NCBI GenBank assembly: GCA_963693365.1
Contig: CAVNZM010000011.1
Span: 6,901,921-6,965,920 of the forward strand
Source: Amoebidium appalachense
Taxonomy: Eukaryota; Protista; Ichthyosporea
Direction of reading: 5' to 3'
Length of the DNA stretch: 64,000 nt
This document shows positions 12,973-30,689 of this stretch, piece by piece (the stretch's first letter is position 1; every line of letters begins with the position of its first letter). Under the pieces are notes generated by a model that ran no database searches, was not told the DNA's origin, and saw nothing but the letters and a program-made list of their open reading frames with translations. The position numbers and the translations under genes were made by a program.

Positions 12973-14842
12973 TTCAAACACACACACACACACACCTCTC
13001 CGCCTGCCTGCACGTTTTGTAATTTCGTCTTTCAATGGGATTTTGTCTTCCGTGGTTTCTCGATGAATTAGTTGCCATCCTCTGACACTCCCCCCCCCCC
13101 CCCCCCCCCCCCACCACCACCACCACCACCACCACCACCACCACCACCACCACTCCTCCCCCCCCCCCTCCCCTCTCCCCTTCCAAACCCCTTTTTAGCT
13201 CCCTTTTTTATGCAATTGAAAACAATAAAAAAGTAGGAATATGGTTGGTAGTTAGAAAGAAAAAGAATTATATAAGAGAAGAGGAAAGAAAACACCTGTG
13301 TAGTCTAATGATTTGTTTTTAAACTTTGATTAGACTTATTTCTAATAAATAATTAAAAACTAATATTAACTTAAATCTCTATTTCCTACCCACCGGCGTG
13401 GCTGGGGTGAATACCCTGGGCAAAGTGTGTGCAACTAGGATTGTTTAAAGGTGTGTTAGCTTAGCTAATAAAACCGGAGCACCCTAGCTAGAGTACTGTC
13501 GGTGCTGGGTGGAAGACGGTAGTTCCCCCCGAGGGCCCAAGGTGTCCGAGGCTCCGGGAATAAAACGGGATAAACTATTTTTATTAAAAAAAAAAATAAA
13601 AAAAATCCGGCCATGCAGGATGATTCAGAAGACGACCAAAACGTCGCAGTTGATGACGAAGACACCGACCCTGACACGGACAACGACGGTCTTACGGACG
13701 ATTGCCAGGCCCAGATGCAGAAAGTATGCTCGGCGGAGGCAAACCCAAGCAGTTACGACGATTGTCTCGCGGCAAACGTGTGCCAGCTGCAGGGGTTCTG
13801 CAACCAGAAGGAGGTGACGCAGTTTGCGGAAAACTACTGCGTGATTCTGAAGAAGGTTAGTGTTCATGAAAGGACGGCCTACCCCTTCCCCCCCCCCCCC
13901 CCCCCCCCCCAACCCTCTCCCCTCCACCGTACCCCCCCACCCCCCACCCCCGTCCAAACACACACACACACACGCACACACACCGACACACACAATCCCA
14001 CAACCCCCCCCCCCCCCCCCCCCCCACACACACATCGTACAAAAGAAAAAAAAAGAAAAGAAGAGAAGAGAAAAGAAAAGAAAAGAAAAGAAGAGAAAGA
14101 AAGGAATTCACGTTTGCCAAACCTGAATAGAACACAACAAAAATATAGTCCACAAAACTCTGAAACCCCGGGATGGGCCCAATAATTGCCTATGCTATCA
14201 TTAGTAATCATTCAAATAAAAGCTACCACCGTGACCAGCGCAGATTTGGAAGCCCTCACTGGCAGTGGTGTGTTGCCTAATCCCCCCCCCCCCCCCCTCT
14301 CCCCTCCCCCCCCCCGTCCCCCCCTCCGCTCCCCCCCCCCTCCCCCCCCCCCCCCCCCCCCCCGCCCTCCCTCCCTTCCCCCCTCTCCTTCTCCCCTCCC
14401 CCCTCCCCCCCCTCCTCCTCTCCCCTCGGCGCTCCCCCAAATCTAACTTTCCAATCACCCACCGTCCAAAATCACCACACAGCTCGTTGAAGAGAAAAAC
14501 TGCGCCAAGTTTTGCTCCATGGCCACCGCGCCCCAAACCAACCAATACATACCCCCCGCCATGATCGTCGGAAAAATTGGCCAAGCGGCGTATCTGTTCG
14601 CGTGCAAGAGTTGCGTGGAGGTGGAATTGTTGGGGGGCGGTTGCAAATTTGAAGGAAATTTGAAGGCGACGGTTGTGGGTGAGGTGCGTAATGCTATTAC
14701 CAAGTTGGACACCCCCACGTGTGCCGCCGTTAAAAATGCCGCCGGGGTTATTAATACGACGGCGAAGCAGCCCATGCCGCCGACGGGCGCGGTTCCTCCG
14801 GCTTATGGGGACGTTAGTACGCCACCAATGTTTAAGAATTGA
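6905..14842 (+). CDS. Secreted cysteine-rich repeat protein (~808 aa, 10 exons) with three DxDxxG/SxTDDC motifs; function unknown
   Basis: Exons 6905-7264, 7456-7666, 8150-8346, 8721-8898, 9735-10196, 10767-10898, 11663-11877, 12840-12915, 13619-13855, 14483-14842. All introns GT-AG with compatible phases, provided one extra G at 7210-7212 is removed (restores ...VLMAREVLECVDDFNQVCGPR/CAAQC...). Signal peptide MRGTICLWAAALSVMASTVNA; central Pro/Thr-rich linker; repeated Cys spacing. Confidence 0.8.
10891..11190 (+). repeat. Intronic minisatellite, ~75-80 bp x4, each unit starting with a copy of the exon-6 end and donor
   Basis: TTCGGAAG|GTAA...CCAAAATA(C/T)AAACCCCGT..TTCCGATTTTTCCCATATG recurs at about 10891, 10973, 11047 and 11122. 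Confidence 0.85.
13389..13542 (+). mobile_element. ~150-bp interspersed repeat, copy 1 (intron 8 of the Cys-rich gene)
   Basis: CCCACCGGCGTGGCTGGGGTG...CACCCTAGCTAGAGTACTGTCGGTGCTGGGTGGAAGACGGTAGTTCCCCC matches the reverse complement of 37372-37527. Confidence 0.75.
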
Positions 14843-15425
14843 ACTTCCATTAAGACTTAACATGGGAAATAAAGCTTTAATATTTATTGTAATACTTAAA
14901 ACAGTGCATATAAAAAAGGGTTGGTGTGCACATACTAAATGGTGAGGCTGTAAAATCCCTTGACTGTTGACATTATAGGAAAGCCTTGAAATGTGATGTA
15001 ACATTTATAAAAGTGCACTTTAATAGATAGGGTTGGTGTGCACGTGATAAGAAGCTGTAACTTCTGTTAAAGATTATAAAGAAAACGGTCTAGGATGGCA
15101 ATATGGAAATCAATCACACATATGGAACTATTGGCTCATGATATATATGTATTAATTAAGAGTCTCCGCAAGACCGTACATGAACTATTGCAGGATCTTG
15201 CATTTATGTATATGTTAATAATCATAATCAAACAGTCCCACTACATATATAAGTATATCACACGCCAATATCAAACAATCGCAGCAGCGTTATAGCTCCC
15301 ACCTCCGAATTCCAATCCCCTTCTGTCAGACCCTGCACCATATCTGAGAATGCCCCCCCCCCCCCCCCCCCCCACGCACCCACGCACCCAACCACCACCA
15401 CCACCACCAAGGAAGAAAAAAAAAG

Positions 15426-15456
<31 letters not shown>

Positions 15457-15924
15457 GGGGGGGAGGAAAAAAAAAAGGGGGGGGGGGGGGGGGGTGGTGT
15501 CAACGGTTCACACGCCCTTAGCCCGAGGTTTTTCTCTCAGACGTGCTAATATAATGGAACCCCATTTTCCAATCGTTGGTCCCCCCCCCCACCCGGAAAG
15601 TTGAGATATTGCCGGAATGATTTCGGGACAGTGGCGTTGGAGTGTGGGGAAGGGGGGGGAAAGGGGAGCTCGAGGGAGGCAAGTCTTTGTTGGCTATTTA
15701 TTTTCTTTATTAGTTTTTGGTTGTTCAAGTTGTAAATTTGCTGTTGTTTTTGGACTCTGGGTTGTTTTTGGACTCTGCCTGTGCTTTGAAATCACACATG
15801 GAGCACCATAACTTAATGAACCCTTTTCTTACGACCTGTGCACCTAAATCAAAGGTCTGGTGCGCCCACAACTTGTTGGCAGCATTCACGGTATGGCGTG
15901 GACAAATTACACACAAACGGTCCA

Positions 15925-15928
15925 CTCA

Positions 15929-15960
<32 letters not shown>

Positions 15961-15964
15961 CTCA

Positions 15965-16000
<36 letters not shown>

Positions 16001-16055
16001 CGAACACACGCACGCACGCACGCACGCACGGCAGGCAGGCAGGCACGCACACGCA
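15925..16055. repeat. (GCAC)n tetranucleotide microsatellite
   Basis: Directly visible run of GCAC units. Confidence 0.95.
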
Positions 16056-17022
16056 CGTGCACAATCAGGTGATAACATAATAATCGTCAGGAAGGACGGA
16101 TGCACAAGGCGATGTAGAGAATGGAGTATATCATTTTAAACTTGAAAACCCTGGCCTTTAGAAACCCCAAGCATAGACCATTATATGTAGCCCACATTAA
16201 CACAGGTTACTAAGATCTGTGTGAACCCTAGACACTCCCTGAGATGGATGTTCTATGTAGATCTGTAAGCTCAACCATGTTCGCTATAGCACGATCAATT
16301 AGCATTATGTTTTTAAACTTTGTTTGACAGCGTTAAGTATGCCTGAGTGCTGCAATGGGTGAGTGCCGCAATTTTGATAGGTAAGAAGTTGTCTATTCAG
16401 TGTGAACTCGAGTTCATGTCGATTGGGCAATTGGGGATGATCATGACTCGTGGAATGGGGGGTGGCCATGGGAGCATGGGGGGCCGGGGAAGGGGTTGGG
16501 GGGGGGAGAAAGGAGGGGGAGGGGGGGGGATAGAGAGGAAATGCTTGTCATTTGGCCTTATGGTCGATGCAGGCTCTGTTTGGTTTATGATTGTGCCAGT
16601 GTTTACATCTCTGAGCGGATGGCTGCACAATCAATGACAATGTGCGTGGGTGAATTTCCAGTGTATATACTTTTGAAAGGACGACGGGTAGAAGAGCGGA
16701 GGAGGGCACTAGGGTAGGGAAATTAGTGGATGTGGGCAGATCTAGTAGGAGCATAAGGAAATTTTTGTGTCAAGAAAAAGGCTTGGGCAAGGCATCCTAA
16801 TCATGCATATATGCCTAGGGCAAATATTCTTAATTGTGGAAAATGCTCGGAAGCCCTAGAAGACAGCCTTAATGCTATTTCTTTAACATTTTGAAAATGT
16901 CGCTCACTCATTATAGAGGCAGAACGCCGTCCGCTCTTTCCCTTGTCGAGTTTGAGTCAAACATGCACATGCCGTCTCGTATCTCTTTTTCTAGATCTGG
17001 CTCCCCTTCAGCAGGGTGCTTG

Positions 17023-17160
17023 TGACGTCATTGATGCAAATGCAACCAATAGGAGAATAGAACTTACGTAAGGCTACACAGAATCAAATGATGAGCCCAG
17101 ATGACGTCCGCACCACACGAGCGCTAGGATTTTTATATGCTTGTTTTGAAGAACCAATAA
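17023..17160 (+). promoter_or_regulatory. Candidate DDA1 promoter: CRE palindrome and two CCAAT boxes
   Basis: TGACGTCA at 17023-17030; AACCAATAG near 17044 and AACCAATAA near 17152, in microsatellite-free DNA ~350-490 bp upstream of the putative first coding exon. Confidence 0.4.
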
Positions 17161-17509
17161 GAGAAACTGGAAAATTAGATGAGGTTCACTGTACTTTTGA
17201 GAAGGTGAAGAGGCATACTCATATGAACAAGTGGGGGGCACTGCTAAAGCGGCTAATGATCCTCAAAGCGTTCATAGATGGAAGGCTGTTTTGAGGAGAA
17301 GCGTGTGGGAGGGACAAGCTGAAACGAGGGCTGTAGGAAAACGAGACCCGTGTCTATGCGCAGTTGGGTGTGAGCTAATTGAACGGCAAGGCGCCTGGCT
17401 TAAGCCTTTTGTAAGCCTACAACCCTGATAGTCTTGGATAAGCGCTGCAACCTAACGAACTGAGAGGGCTGAGAAGGGAAGGCCTCGTAGGAAAAGAAAA
17501 CAACAAAGA

Positions 17510-21563
<4,054 letters not shown>

Positions 21564-22309
21564 CTCCCGAAGTCAAGAACCAATGAGAACTTAGCTCACG
21601 ACAGCACGAACAAATCAGAAACCAGGAAATTGTCCTGACGGTAGTATGTTACACGGTGGGTTTTTAAATCAATTTTTGTAATGTTGTTCCCTGGTTCTAT
21701 CTTGTCGTTTTGAGCCCAATATTCAGCTTTTTTTTATTTTTTATTTTTTATTTTTTTTTAGGGGTAGTAAAACTAAAAAAATTGAGAAGGGTTGTTATAT
21801 TTTTGGTTAGTGTGGATATATGGTGTGTTAGCAGTGGTGAATGATGGCATGCGAACAATATGCATGCGAGGGCCGAGTGAGGCGTAGCAATTGAACGAAT
21901 GATAATGGAAGTAAAATGGAATGAAATGATTGGGTACTTATCATCACCACTTGGTAACGTGCAGCTATGCGTTGTTCTTGGGTTCATATGCCTGTTTTCT
22001 CCTTCATTTCTTTTGTTTTTTTGTGCGGGGTTGGTGTATGTATGGGTGTAAGCTTTTGGATAATCGGATGATTCCTTTTTATGTTAGGTTTCACGTGTGG
22101 GTGGGTGTTTTTTTTTGTTTTTGTTTTTTGTTTTTGTTTTTGTTTTTTTTTTGGTGGTGGTGGTGGTGGGGGGGGGGGGAGGGGGGGGGCTCCATTTTTA
22201 GAGATGAATTCTGTTTCCTGGAGTTTGGGTTGGGGAGATGGATATGTCAACGTCGTGAATGTGTCGCTCAAGCGGCTTAGTGGTAGTGTTGGGTGTTGGT
22301 GGTGATGGT

Positions 22310-22340
<31 letters not shown>

Positions 22341-22822
22341 GGGGGGCTGCTTGTTGGTTTTTCGTGTCTGACATTTACTGTTAGACCTTCTTTCGAATGT
22401 TTTGTTTGTTTGGCGATACATTACATAGAACTTGTATATGGGTGCTCATTTGGATCGGCGAATAAAGTCTGAAGGGTAACAGACGATTATGTCTCAGGAT
22501 GACGAGTATTTTCCTCCGTGCGTGAATGTGTGTGCATATGTGTGTGTGTGTGTGTGTGTGTGGTGTGTCACGGTGTGAGTGTGTGTGTTGCCCATATTTG
22601 TAGGTGCATGTGTATATACGCGTACACGTGTGCCTGTACGAGCTGTGGAGCATATTCATTTTGCAAGCCTAAAGCAGTTCCATAGAGCCAAATAGTGATA
22701 CCGCCGGGATGGGTCCGGGAATCGGGTAAACTGAAATCCGATGGGCTGATCGGATCCGCAATTCCACTTTAAAAAATCCCCCATTTTTTGGATTGTGACT
22801 AGTTCGCCAGATGGTATCATCT

Positions 22823-22866
<44 letters not shown>

Positions 22867-22884
22867 ACACACACGCACGCGCGT

Positions 22885-22925
<41 letters not shown>

Positions 22926-22993
22926 ATGACACATGTACACACACACACACACACAGACTCACACAGACACAGACACAGACACAGACACATACA

Positions 22994-23044
<51 letters not shown>

Positions 23045-23061
23045 TCTTTTTTTTTTTTTTT

Positions 23062-23092
<31 letters not shown>

Positions 23093-23534
23093 GGAGGGGA
23101 GGGAGGGGGAGGGACTGACCCTAAGTTTGGTTGGTTTTAAATTTGCAAGGGAAAACTACACGGACCACCTTTTAATTTGTCGGGAGCAGTGCTCCTCAAG
23201 GTGAAAATGTCCATTTTGGATATTAATATTATTAGAACTTATGAAATGTACATGCACATAAGAGTAATTCAAGGACCAAAAATGCACACTGACATTTAAA
23301 ACGGGAACGTTAAACTATAACCTGATTATAATTAGGATGAATGCACGTCATCATGGGAGTCCCTTATTCGTGACGTAGGTTCATTCTAAGTCGATTATGT
23401 TATGTATACGCTGGGGAATAATTAATTGGCTAAAAATTTGTGCAGCAGTAGTATAGGAAACACCATGCATGTTGACACTAGGACGTGTGTGTGTGTGTGT
23501 GTCTCTCTCTCTCTGTGTGTGTGTGTCTGTGTAC

Positions 23535-23565
<31 letters not shown>

Positions 23566-24004
23566 TGTGTGTCTGTCTGTGTGTGTGTGTGTGTTGTGTG
23601 TGTGTGTGTGTGTGCGTGTCTGAGTGTCTGAGTGTCTGTGTGTGTGTGTGTTGTGTGTGGGTGTTGTGTGTGTGTGTGCGCGCACGCGCCTTAACCAAAG
23701 TGAAACTTATGCCTCAATTCAATGGTGTATGTACAGGAGCAAAGGTGCCGTGCTCAAAAATCGCCAACCATTCACTTAAAAAGTAAACAGATATTGGGTG
23801 ACGCACAGAACAACCACGTTTTAAATCCTTTTCATTCGCAAATTCTAAGTGCTCGAACCAATAAACACAAAGAACAAAAAAAAAAAACCACATTCACGAC
23901 AACCTGAAAATGCAAATCTGAGCGTGTTTTTCTTTTTCTTTTTCTTTTCTTTTCCTTTTTTAAACCTTTCTTTTTTTTTTTAAACCACTCTCTAATCATA
24001 CATT

Positions 24005-24286
24005 CTAATCATCGAACGACCACACCATCCCCTTAGTCAATCCATAATTCTGGTCCTCCACATTCGCAGGCAGTTGGTAGGACGCAACACATTTCAGCTG
24101 CTGCGATGGCAAATAAGCCCTCCCGGGATCACCCAAAAGTACTTTTGCACCCAATTTTTTGTGTTTTTTCAACCAATCAAGAGCCATGGATGCAAATTCC
24201 TCGCAGTAGCAAATGTCACCGGCGAGAATGACGTCCCATGGTGGCCGGCCGGTGGATGGCGGGTCTGTGTGTGTGGGTGGGTGGGT

Positions 24287-24318
<32 letters not shown>

Positions 24319-24351
24319 GGGGGGGGGAGCGTGTGTAGCGGAGGGGCTTGC

Positions 24352-24392
<41 letters not shown>

Positions 24393-24608
24393 CGCGCACT
24401 CGCGCGCGCGTGCGCGCGCACTCGCGAAGGGGTAGGGGAGAGTGGGCTTGTGAGAGAGAGAAAGGCCGGGGGGGAGGGAGAGGGAAGGAGTGAGAAAAAA
24501 GAGAGCCTCTGCTGAGAGAGAGAAAAGGGAAAGGGAGAGGGAGCGTGGGAGAAGGAAAAGAGAGGAGAGATATAGAACAACTGTGCGACACCGTGTGTTG
24601 GCGTGTGA

Positions 24609-24649
<41 letters not shown>

Positions 24650-24654
24650 CTTTT

Positions 24655-24696
<42 letters not shown>

Positions 24697-24813
24697 GGGG
24701 GGGGAAGGAAATAATACTAGTATATACTTGTGAACTTCCCCGACACAATGGAAATAGCAACAAGACGGACAGTATGGTCGCAAAGAGACCCAAATATTAG
24801 TGGGGAAATCCCC

Positions 24814-24848
<35 letters not shown>

Positions 24849-25073
24849 AAAATACGCTAGGGTCAGAGGAGGAAACCGAATGATTCTTAAACTAGAGGCA
24901 AGACGCCCATAGAAGAAAAACCATACACAACCCACAGGCACATGTGTGGGAGAATGCCTGCCTGTAGCTATGCAATCCGTTAATGGGTGTCAGTGTTAGG
25001 TGTGTCAAGGTGGTGGTGGTGGTTGTACAAGTGCTTCGTATCCGTGTGTGTGTGTGTGAGTGGTGGGGGGGGT

Positions 25074-25113
<40 letters not shown>

Positions 25114-25227
25114 GGGAGGGGGGGGGGGGAGGGACACCGACGCACGCGCACGCGCGCACACTAACAAGCACGCACACACACACACACACAAACATAAACA
25201 CACACACACACACTAACACGCACGCAC

Positions 25228-25322
<95 letters not shown>

Positions 25323-25350
25323 ACAGACCCCCTCTCCCTCCGCGCCCCAC

Positions 25351-25391
<41 letters not shown>

Positions 25392-25732
25392 CCCGCACGT
25401 GCATGGGGAGGGATGCGGGGGGGGGAGAAATCGTACCTACAGCCAACAAATTCCTCTCCTCCAGACAGTCTATGGTTGTGGCGTTAAGGTGGGTGTTGAT
25501 ATGGGTGGCTACCAAGGCCACAGGGTCGATATCATTGGCTGTTACGTGGCTACAATTGCCTAATTTGGCAGCAATCGCTGTGGCGCCACAGCCGCTCCCA
25601 ATATCCAAAACTTTCTTTGGGGGGGGGGGGGGGTGGATGAGAAAAATGGAAAGGATATATTTGCTGATTCTTTGTGTGTGTGTGTGTGTGTGTGTCCATA
25701 TACATGTGTGTATCTATATGAATGTGTGTGTG

Positions 25733-25774
<42 letters not shown>

Positions 25775-26187
25775 TGTGTGTGTGTGTGTGTGTCCGTGTG
25801 GATCGTGTATGATGGGAGGTATTATAACCGTTGGTAGCCCTCACTAACAGCATGAGTGTGCACCTTGTGGTAGCAAGACAGGGAGGGAGCGGAGGCAGGA
25901 AAAGAGGGGGGGAAGGGGGGGGGGGGGGGGGGGAGGGGGTAAACATTGACAGGGCCCGACGGGATGGGGAGCAGGGGGAGAGAGAGGAAGGAGGAGGAAG
26001 AGGGGCGGGTTGAGGGGGGACACGGGTTGGGGGGGGGGGGGGGGGGGGGGGGGGAGGATGAATTCTTTAGAGAGGAAAAGGTAAACTTATATAGCGGGCA
26101 ACACAAAGCAATTTTGCATAGCGTACACAAATGTATGCCCAATAGGTAGAGCCAATCCCCCCCTTCCCCCCCCCCCCCCCCCCTCTC

Positions 26188-26266
<79 letters not shown>

Positions 26267-26387
26267 TTCCAACACCTACCTTTCCATTCACCAAGTGTGG
26301 GTTGTCCAAAACGTATCTTGTCAGTGCCTGCCCTCCCGGCCAGTAGAAGCCCCAAAACGGTGCCTGCCAAAAAAAAAAAAAAAAAAA

Positions 26388-26440
<53 letters not shown>

Positions 26441-27284
26441 TGTATGCATCAGAGGGTTAGAAAAAAGGAGGAGACACCGAAGGACCAAAGACAACACGCC
26501 AAAGAACAGAAAGACCCGAAATCAAACAATTGTAAAATGGAACAAGCCAAAACCATGCAGGCAGAAGACATTTGAACAGAGCTCATCTTTGTGCGGGGGA
26601 GGGAGGGGCGGGGGGGGGGGGGGGAGTATAATTGACACAGAGGTATGAGTACCATTAATTAATTAATTATTTAACAATGCATCCATTAGACGTAACAACA
26701 CCTGCTTTTACCCCATCTCCTTTTCTCTTGCTCTCATCTACCTATATCTCCTGCGTGCCTAATACAGATCCCAACAAAACCAGGACACAACCCAAAACCC
26801 AAATGCACAAAGGACGGAGTGTAGGGGCAGATGGATGTGGTGGAGGTGGGTGGCAAAGAGGGGGAGGGGGGGCTAGGGGGGCGGCGCACACACACACAGA
26901 TACGCACACAGACACTCACACTCACACGCACGTGGACAAGCTTGGCACACACACAGATACGCACACAGACACTCACACTCACACGCACGTGGACAAGCTT
27001 GGCACACACACAACAACACACAAACCAACAACCATCCATGCAAACCCCTTTCCCTCTTGAACACACACACACGCGCATCTACACCACCCACCCAGCCACC
27101 CTAAATCACCTCCCCCCCCCCCCCCCCAACCACCACCACACACACACAGAAACCTACCCAGCCACCCAGCATCCCACCCACACCCACACCCACCCACCCC
27201 ATCCCCCCCCCCCCCCCCCTCCCCCCTCCAAACACGCACAAACACATGCCCCTCTCCCCTCCCCCCTTCCCCGGCTCCTCCCGC

Positions 27285-27317
<33 letters not shown>

Positions 27318-27324
27318 CCCCCCC

Positions 27325-27387
<63 letters not shown>

Positions 27388-28597
27388 ACACACACACCTG
27401 CACCCCTTTCTCCCTCTCCAGCACCTCCAAGTCCGGTTCTGTTGCCCTGTACAGCTCACAGTCAGGTGTGATGAGACGAAATTTCAACTCGGGGGTCAAC
27501 GACGGAAGGGTGCAAATTTGCGTGTTGGATAGAACAAACTCACGAAATCGGGACTCTGCAACCCCTGCGGGCTGAAGAAATATCTCAGTTTTTTTGCTGT
27601 TGCTTTATTTTTGCTTTCTTGCTGTTTCATGCTATCTACGTGATCTCCTTCCTATATGTGGGTCGCAGATTGGGGGAAGCAAACGGTGACACCGAGAGGA
27701 GGGGGGAGGGGGGCAGGGGGGAGGGGGAAGGAGGGGGAGAGGGGGGTGCCGGGGGAGGGGGGGGGGGAGGGGAGGGGGAATATGTGCGTGACACTTAAAT
27801 CTTGTGTGAGTGGGGGTTGAGTGTGTGCTTGCTTGTCACTGTGTTGTGCGCTTGTGTGTGTGTGTGTGTGTGTACGCGCGCGCGTGTGAGTGTCGTGTGT
27901 GTGCATGCGTGTGTGTTCCTGCCCGTGTGTGTCTGTGTACGCTTATATGTGTGTGTCAGTGTGCGTGTGACACAGTGTGTGTGCGTGTGTTTTGTTTCGT
28001 GCAATTCTATGCATCCATTTTAAAAGTGGAATTCAGTGAAAGGGACAGCGTTGCTGCCGGGTGTATAACATGAACAGAAAGTGTTGGAGTAAGGCCCAGG
28101 AGGAGGGGAGAAGGGGGAGGGGAGGAGCGCGGGGGGGGGGGGGGGGGGGGGGGGGAGGGGGAAGGGGGAGGGGGAGGTGAGTTGGGAAAAGACCTTTGAC
28201 GAGTTGGTTATCTTAACTGGACAATGAGTCTACACCGGGACTGGAACGGGATGGAAGGGAGGAGGGGGGGGGGGGGGGGGGGGGGGGAGGAGGTTCCGGG
28301 GGGCAGGGGGAGGGGGGGGGGAGGAGGGGGGGGGGGAGAGGAACCAGGACAGAAGGACAAGGTGAAGGCCGCTGTGGGCAAGAAGGGGGTGAGGGGGGAG
28401 GGAAGGTGGGAGGGAGGGAGGGAGGGAGGGAGGGAGAAAGGGAGGGAGGGAGGCAGAGTAAAAGGGAGCAAGTCGGGAGAGAGAGGGGGCCGGAGGGAGA
28501 GAGCGAGGGAACAGAGAGAGGGGGGGGCGGAGGGGGAGGAGGCAGAGACAGAGACAGAGAGAGAGAGAGCGCGAGAGAGAGAGAGATAGAGAGAGAG

Positions 28598-28678
<81 letters not shown>

Positions 28679-28724
28679 TGAGAGAGAGAGAGAGAAAGAG
28701 AGAGGGGGGGGGGGGGGGGGGGGG

Positions 28725-28771
<47 letters not shown>

Positions 28772-28782
28772 AGGGAGGGAGG

Positions 28783-28862
<80 letters not shown>

Positions 28863-29172
28863 TGAGAGAGACTCCGGGGGGGGGGGGGGGATGAGGGAGG
28901 GAGAGAGAGAAGGAGAGAGAGGTGGAGAGAGTGTGTGTGAGGTAGGGAGGGAGAGGGGGTGGGGGGTGGGGGGAAGGGAGGGAGGGAGGGAGAGAAAAAG
29001 GAGTTAGAGAAGAGGAGGGGGGGAGAGAGAGAGAAAGAGAGAGAGAGTAAGTGATTGTGAGAGGGGCAAGATCCTCAAATAATACCTTGCTCTGCGCAAA
29101 AGAAAACGCGCGGGCATGAAACCTGCACAAAGGCACCGTTTGTTTCAGCCTCCCAAGCATAGTGAAAGACAT
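24005..29172 (-). CDS. ETFBKMT: Mitochondrial electron transfer flavoprotein beta subunit lysine methyltransferase (METTL20), 260 aa, 5 exons
   Basis: Exons 29172-29086, 27571-27398, 26363-26280, 25614-25437, 24264-24005; 783 nt with consistent phases. Arg-rich transit-like N-terminus; SLTPELKFRLITP, PFWGFYWPGGQALTRYVLDNP, VLDIGSGCGATAIAAK (SAM motif I), ANDIDP, WDVILAGDICY and VLLGDPGR all match METTL20 motifs. Confidence 0.93.
26058..26158 (-). repeat. ~105-bp dispersed intronic element, diverged minus-strand copy in ETFBKMT intron 3
   Basis: Reverse complement reads GATTGGCTCTACCTATTGGGCATACATTTGTGTACGCTATGCAAAATTGCTTTGTGTTGCCCGCTAT...GAATTCAT then poly(C). Confidence 0.6.
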
Positions 29173-30657
29173 TGCCAACTTGGGAAGACTATTGGAAAGG
29201 AAAAAGCTGGCCTAAGGGGACATCAGCAAGAAAAGACCGTGTTAGCAGGCGGCCACTCAAGATCCCTTGTACACATGCGTGAAAAGATTGTACTTTTTCA
29301 CTACGAAGGTGCCTAACTGGGGAAGGAGGGAGGGGGAGAGAAAGCGGAGACACAGATTTTCTGAGCAGTGTGTGGGTGTCTGGAGACTCTTGAACGGGTC
29401 TGGAGCAAGGCCTCCTAAATAGCACACCGGTCTGGAGACACTTGATAATGCGAGGACATTTCGGTCCTTGTTATTGTAATCGCTAATTAGGACCCAAAGT
29501 CCTAATTATTTTCGGTGCGCTCCATTGCCCATCCCCTGTTGTAAACCCTCAACCTTCTTAATATGCCCAATGAGTTTAGGTAGTTTATAGCCTGTTTTAT
29601 TAATACGTCAAGGTCATTGGAGTAACGGCGCTCAAGTTATAAACGGTTTTAGGGGGGGAGGGTGAGGCCGTTTTTCGTTCATTTTGGGGCGATCGACCGA
29701 CTGACTGCAGAGTAGGACTGAGCACAACCGTTATGGTGGCAAAAAAACATGACAAAAACAAATGAAAAGGGGCCAGAAACCATATATTTTAATATTATTT
29801 ATCTTTCTGAAGGGTTTCTGAACCTACATGGGTGAGTTTCTATGTGCTCATGTGCTCTAATGTGGAGCGGTTGTTGTGGCCTGGCCTACACCAGGAAAAC
29901 GAGGCTCGGACCAAAGGGGCACCCATTACCATGGGCACCAAGGTGAAACAAAGGGCAAAAATAAGCCCGAAGAAGCCAAAAAAAACGCGTTTTGAGCACT
30001 TTAGGACCAACGAGAACACTTTCCGGCAAGAGCGAAAACGTTTGGCCTCCATCATCTTGCTCATCTGCTCTGGCAAGCTAATTGGGACATTACAAGCTAA
30101 AATCCTCCCTAAAAAGGACTGAAAGTAGCCCCTAGCTAAGTTGCATCAGAATGGAGATGATGAGGTCGGGATGGTGGCATTTGAAAGCTCATGTGGTATA
30201 TTTTCACGTGTATGGTCGCTTTTTCGCCTGAGAAACACACAAGCGCTTCCAGTTTACTTTATATAAACATGTGTTTCCGCAAAAGGGGCAAACTTTGCCG
30301 GCACAATGCACCACGAAGATGTCATCGGAGACCCCACGATTCATATATCGCTGTAACGGGCATGACTTCAGCTTCACGTTTCTGCCTTTTTTCCCCCTTA
30401 GTTGCTATAGTCATATGCCAGATAGAGCGCGATATCCGATTTTCAGCTAATAAGGACTCAAGTGTCCTATTTTGTAATTATCAGTCTCTGGACATGACGT
30501 CGACTGGTTTGAACTTATGTTTAAAAATCATGATGTAAGTGTAACACCGATTTTATTACATGTATATCTTGTTGGGTGGAAGTACTGTTGACCTTGGTGC
30601 CGACAACTCATCACAGCTCACCTACATGTCGTTAATAAACAGCACATTCCCCCCAAG

Positions 30658-30689
30658 CACGGCCATCTAGGTGTTTCTAGATGGCCGTG
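30658..30689. mobile_element. 32-bp minimal TIR element with 8-bp target-site duplication (hAT-like)
   Basis: CACGGCCATCTAG-GTGTTT-CTAGATGGCCGTG: perfect 13-bp inverted repeats, flanked by identical CCCCCAAG at 30650-30657 and 30690-30697. Confidence 0.8.

Noticed and set aside
29450-30500. TE-like unique sequence (also ~6290-6640 and ~61100-61800)
   Set aside because: No TIR pair, TSD or transposase frame could be demonstrated by eye.
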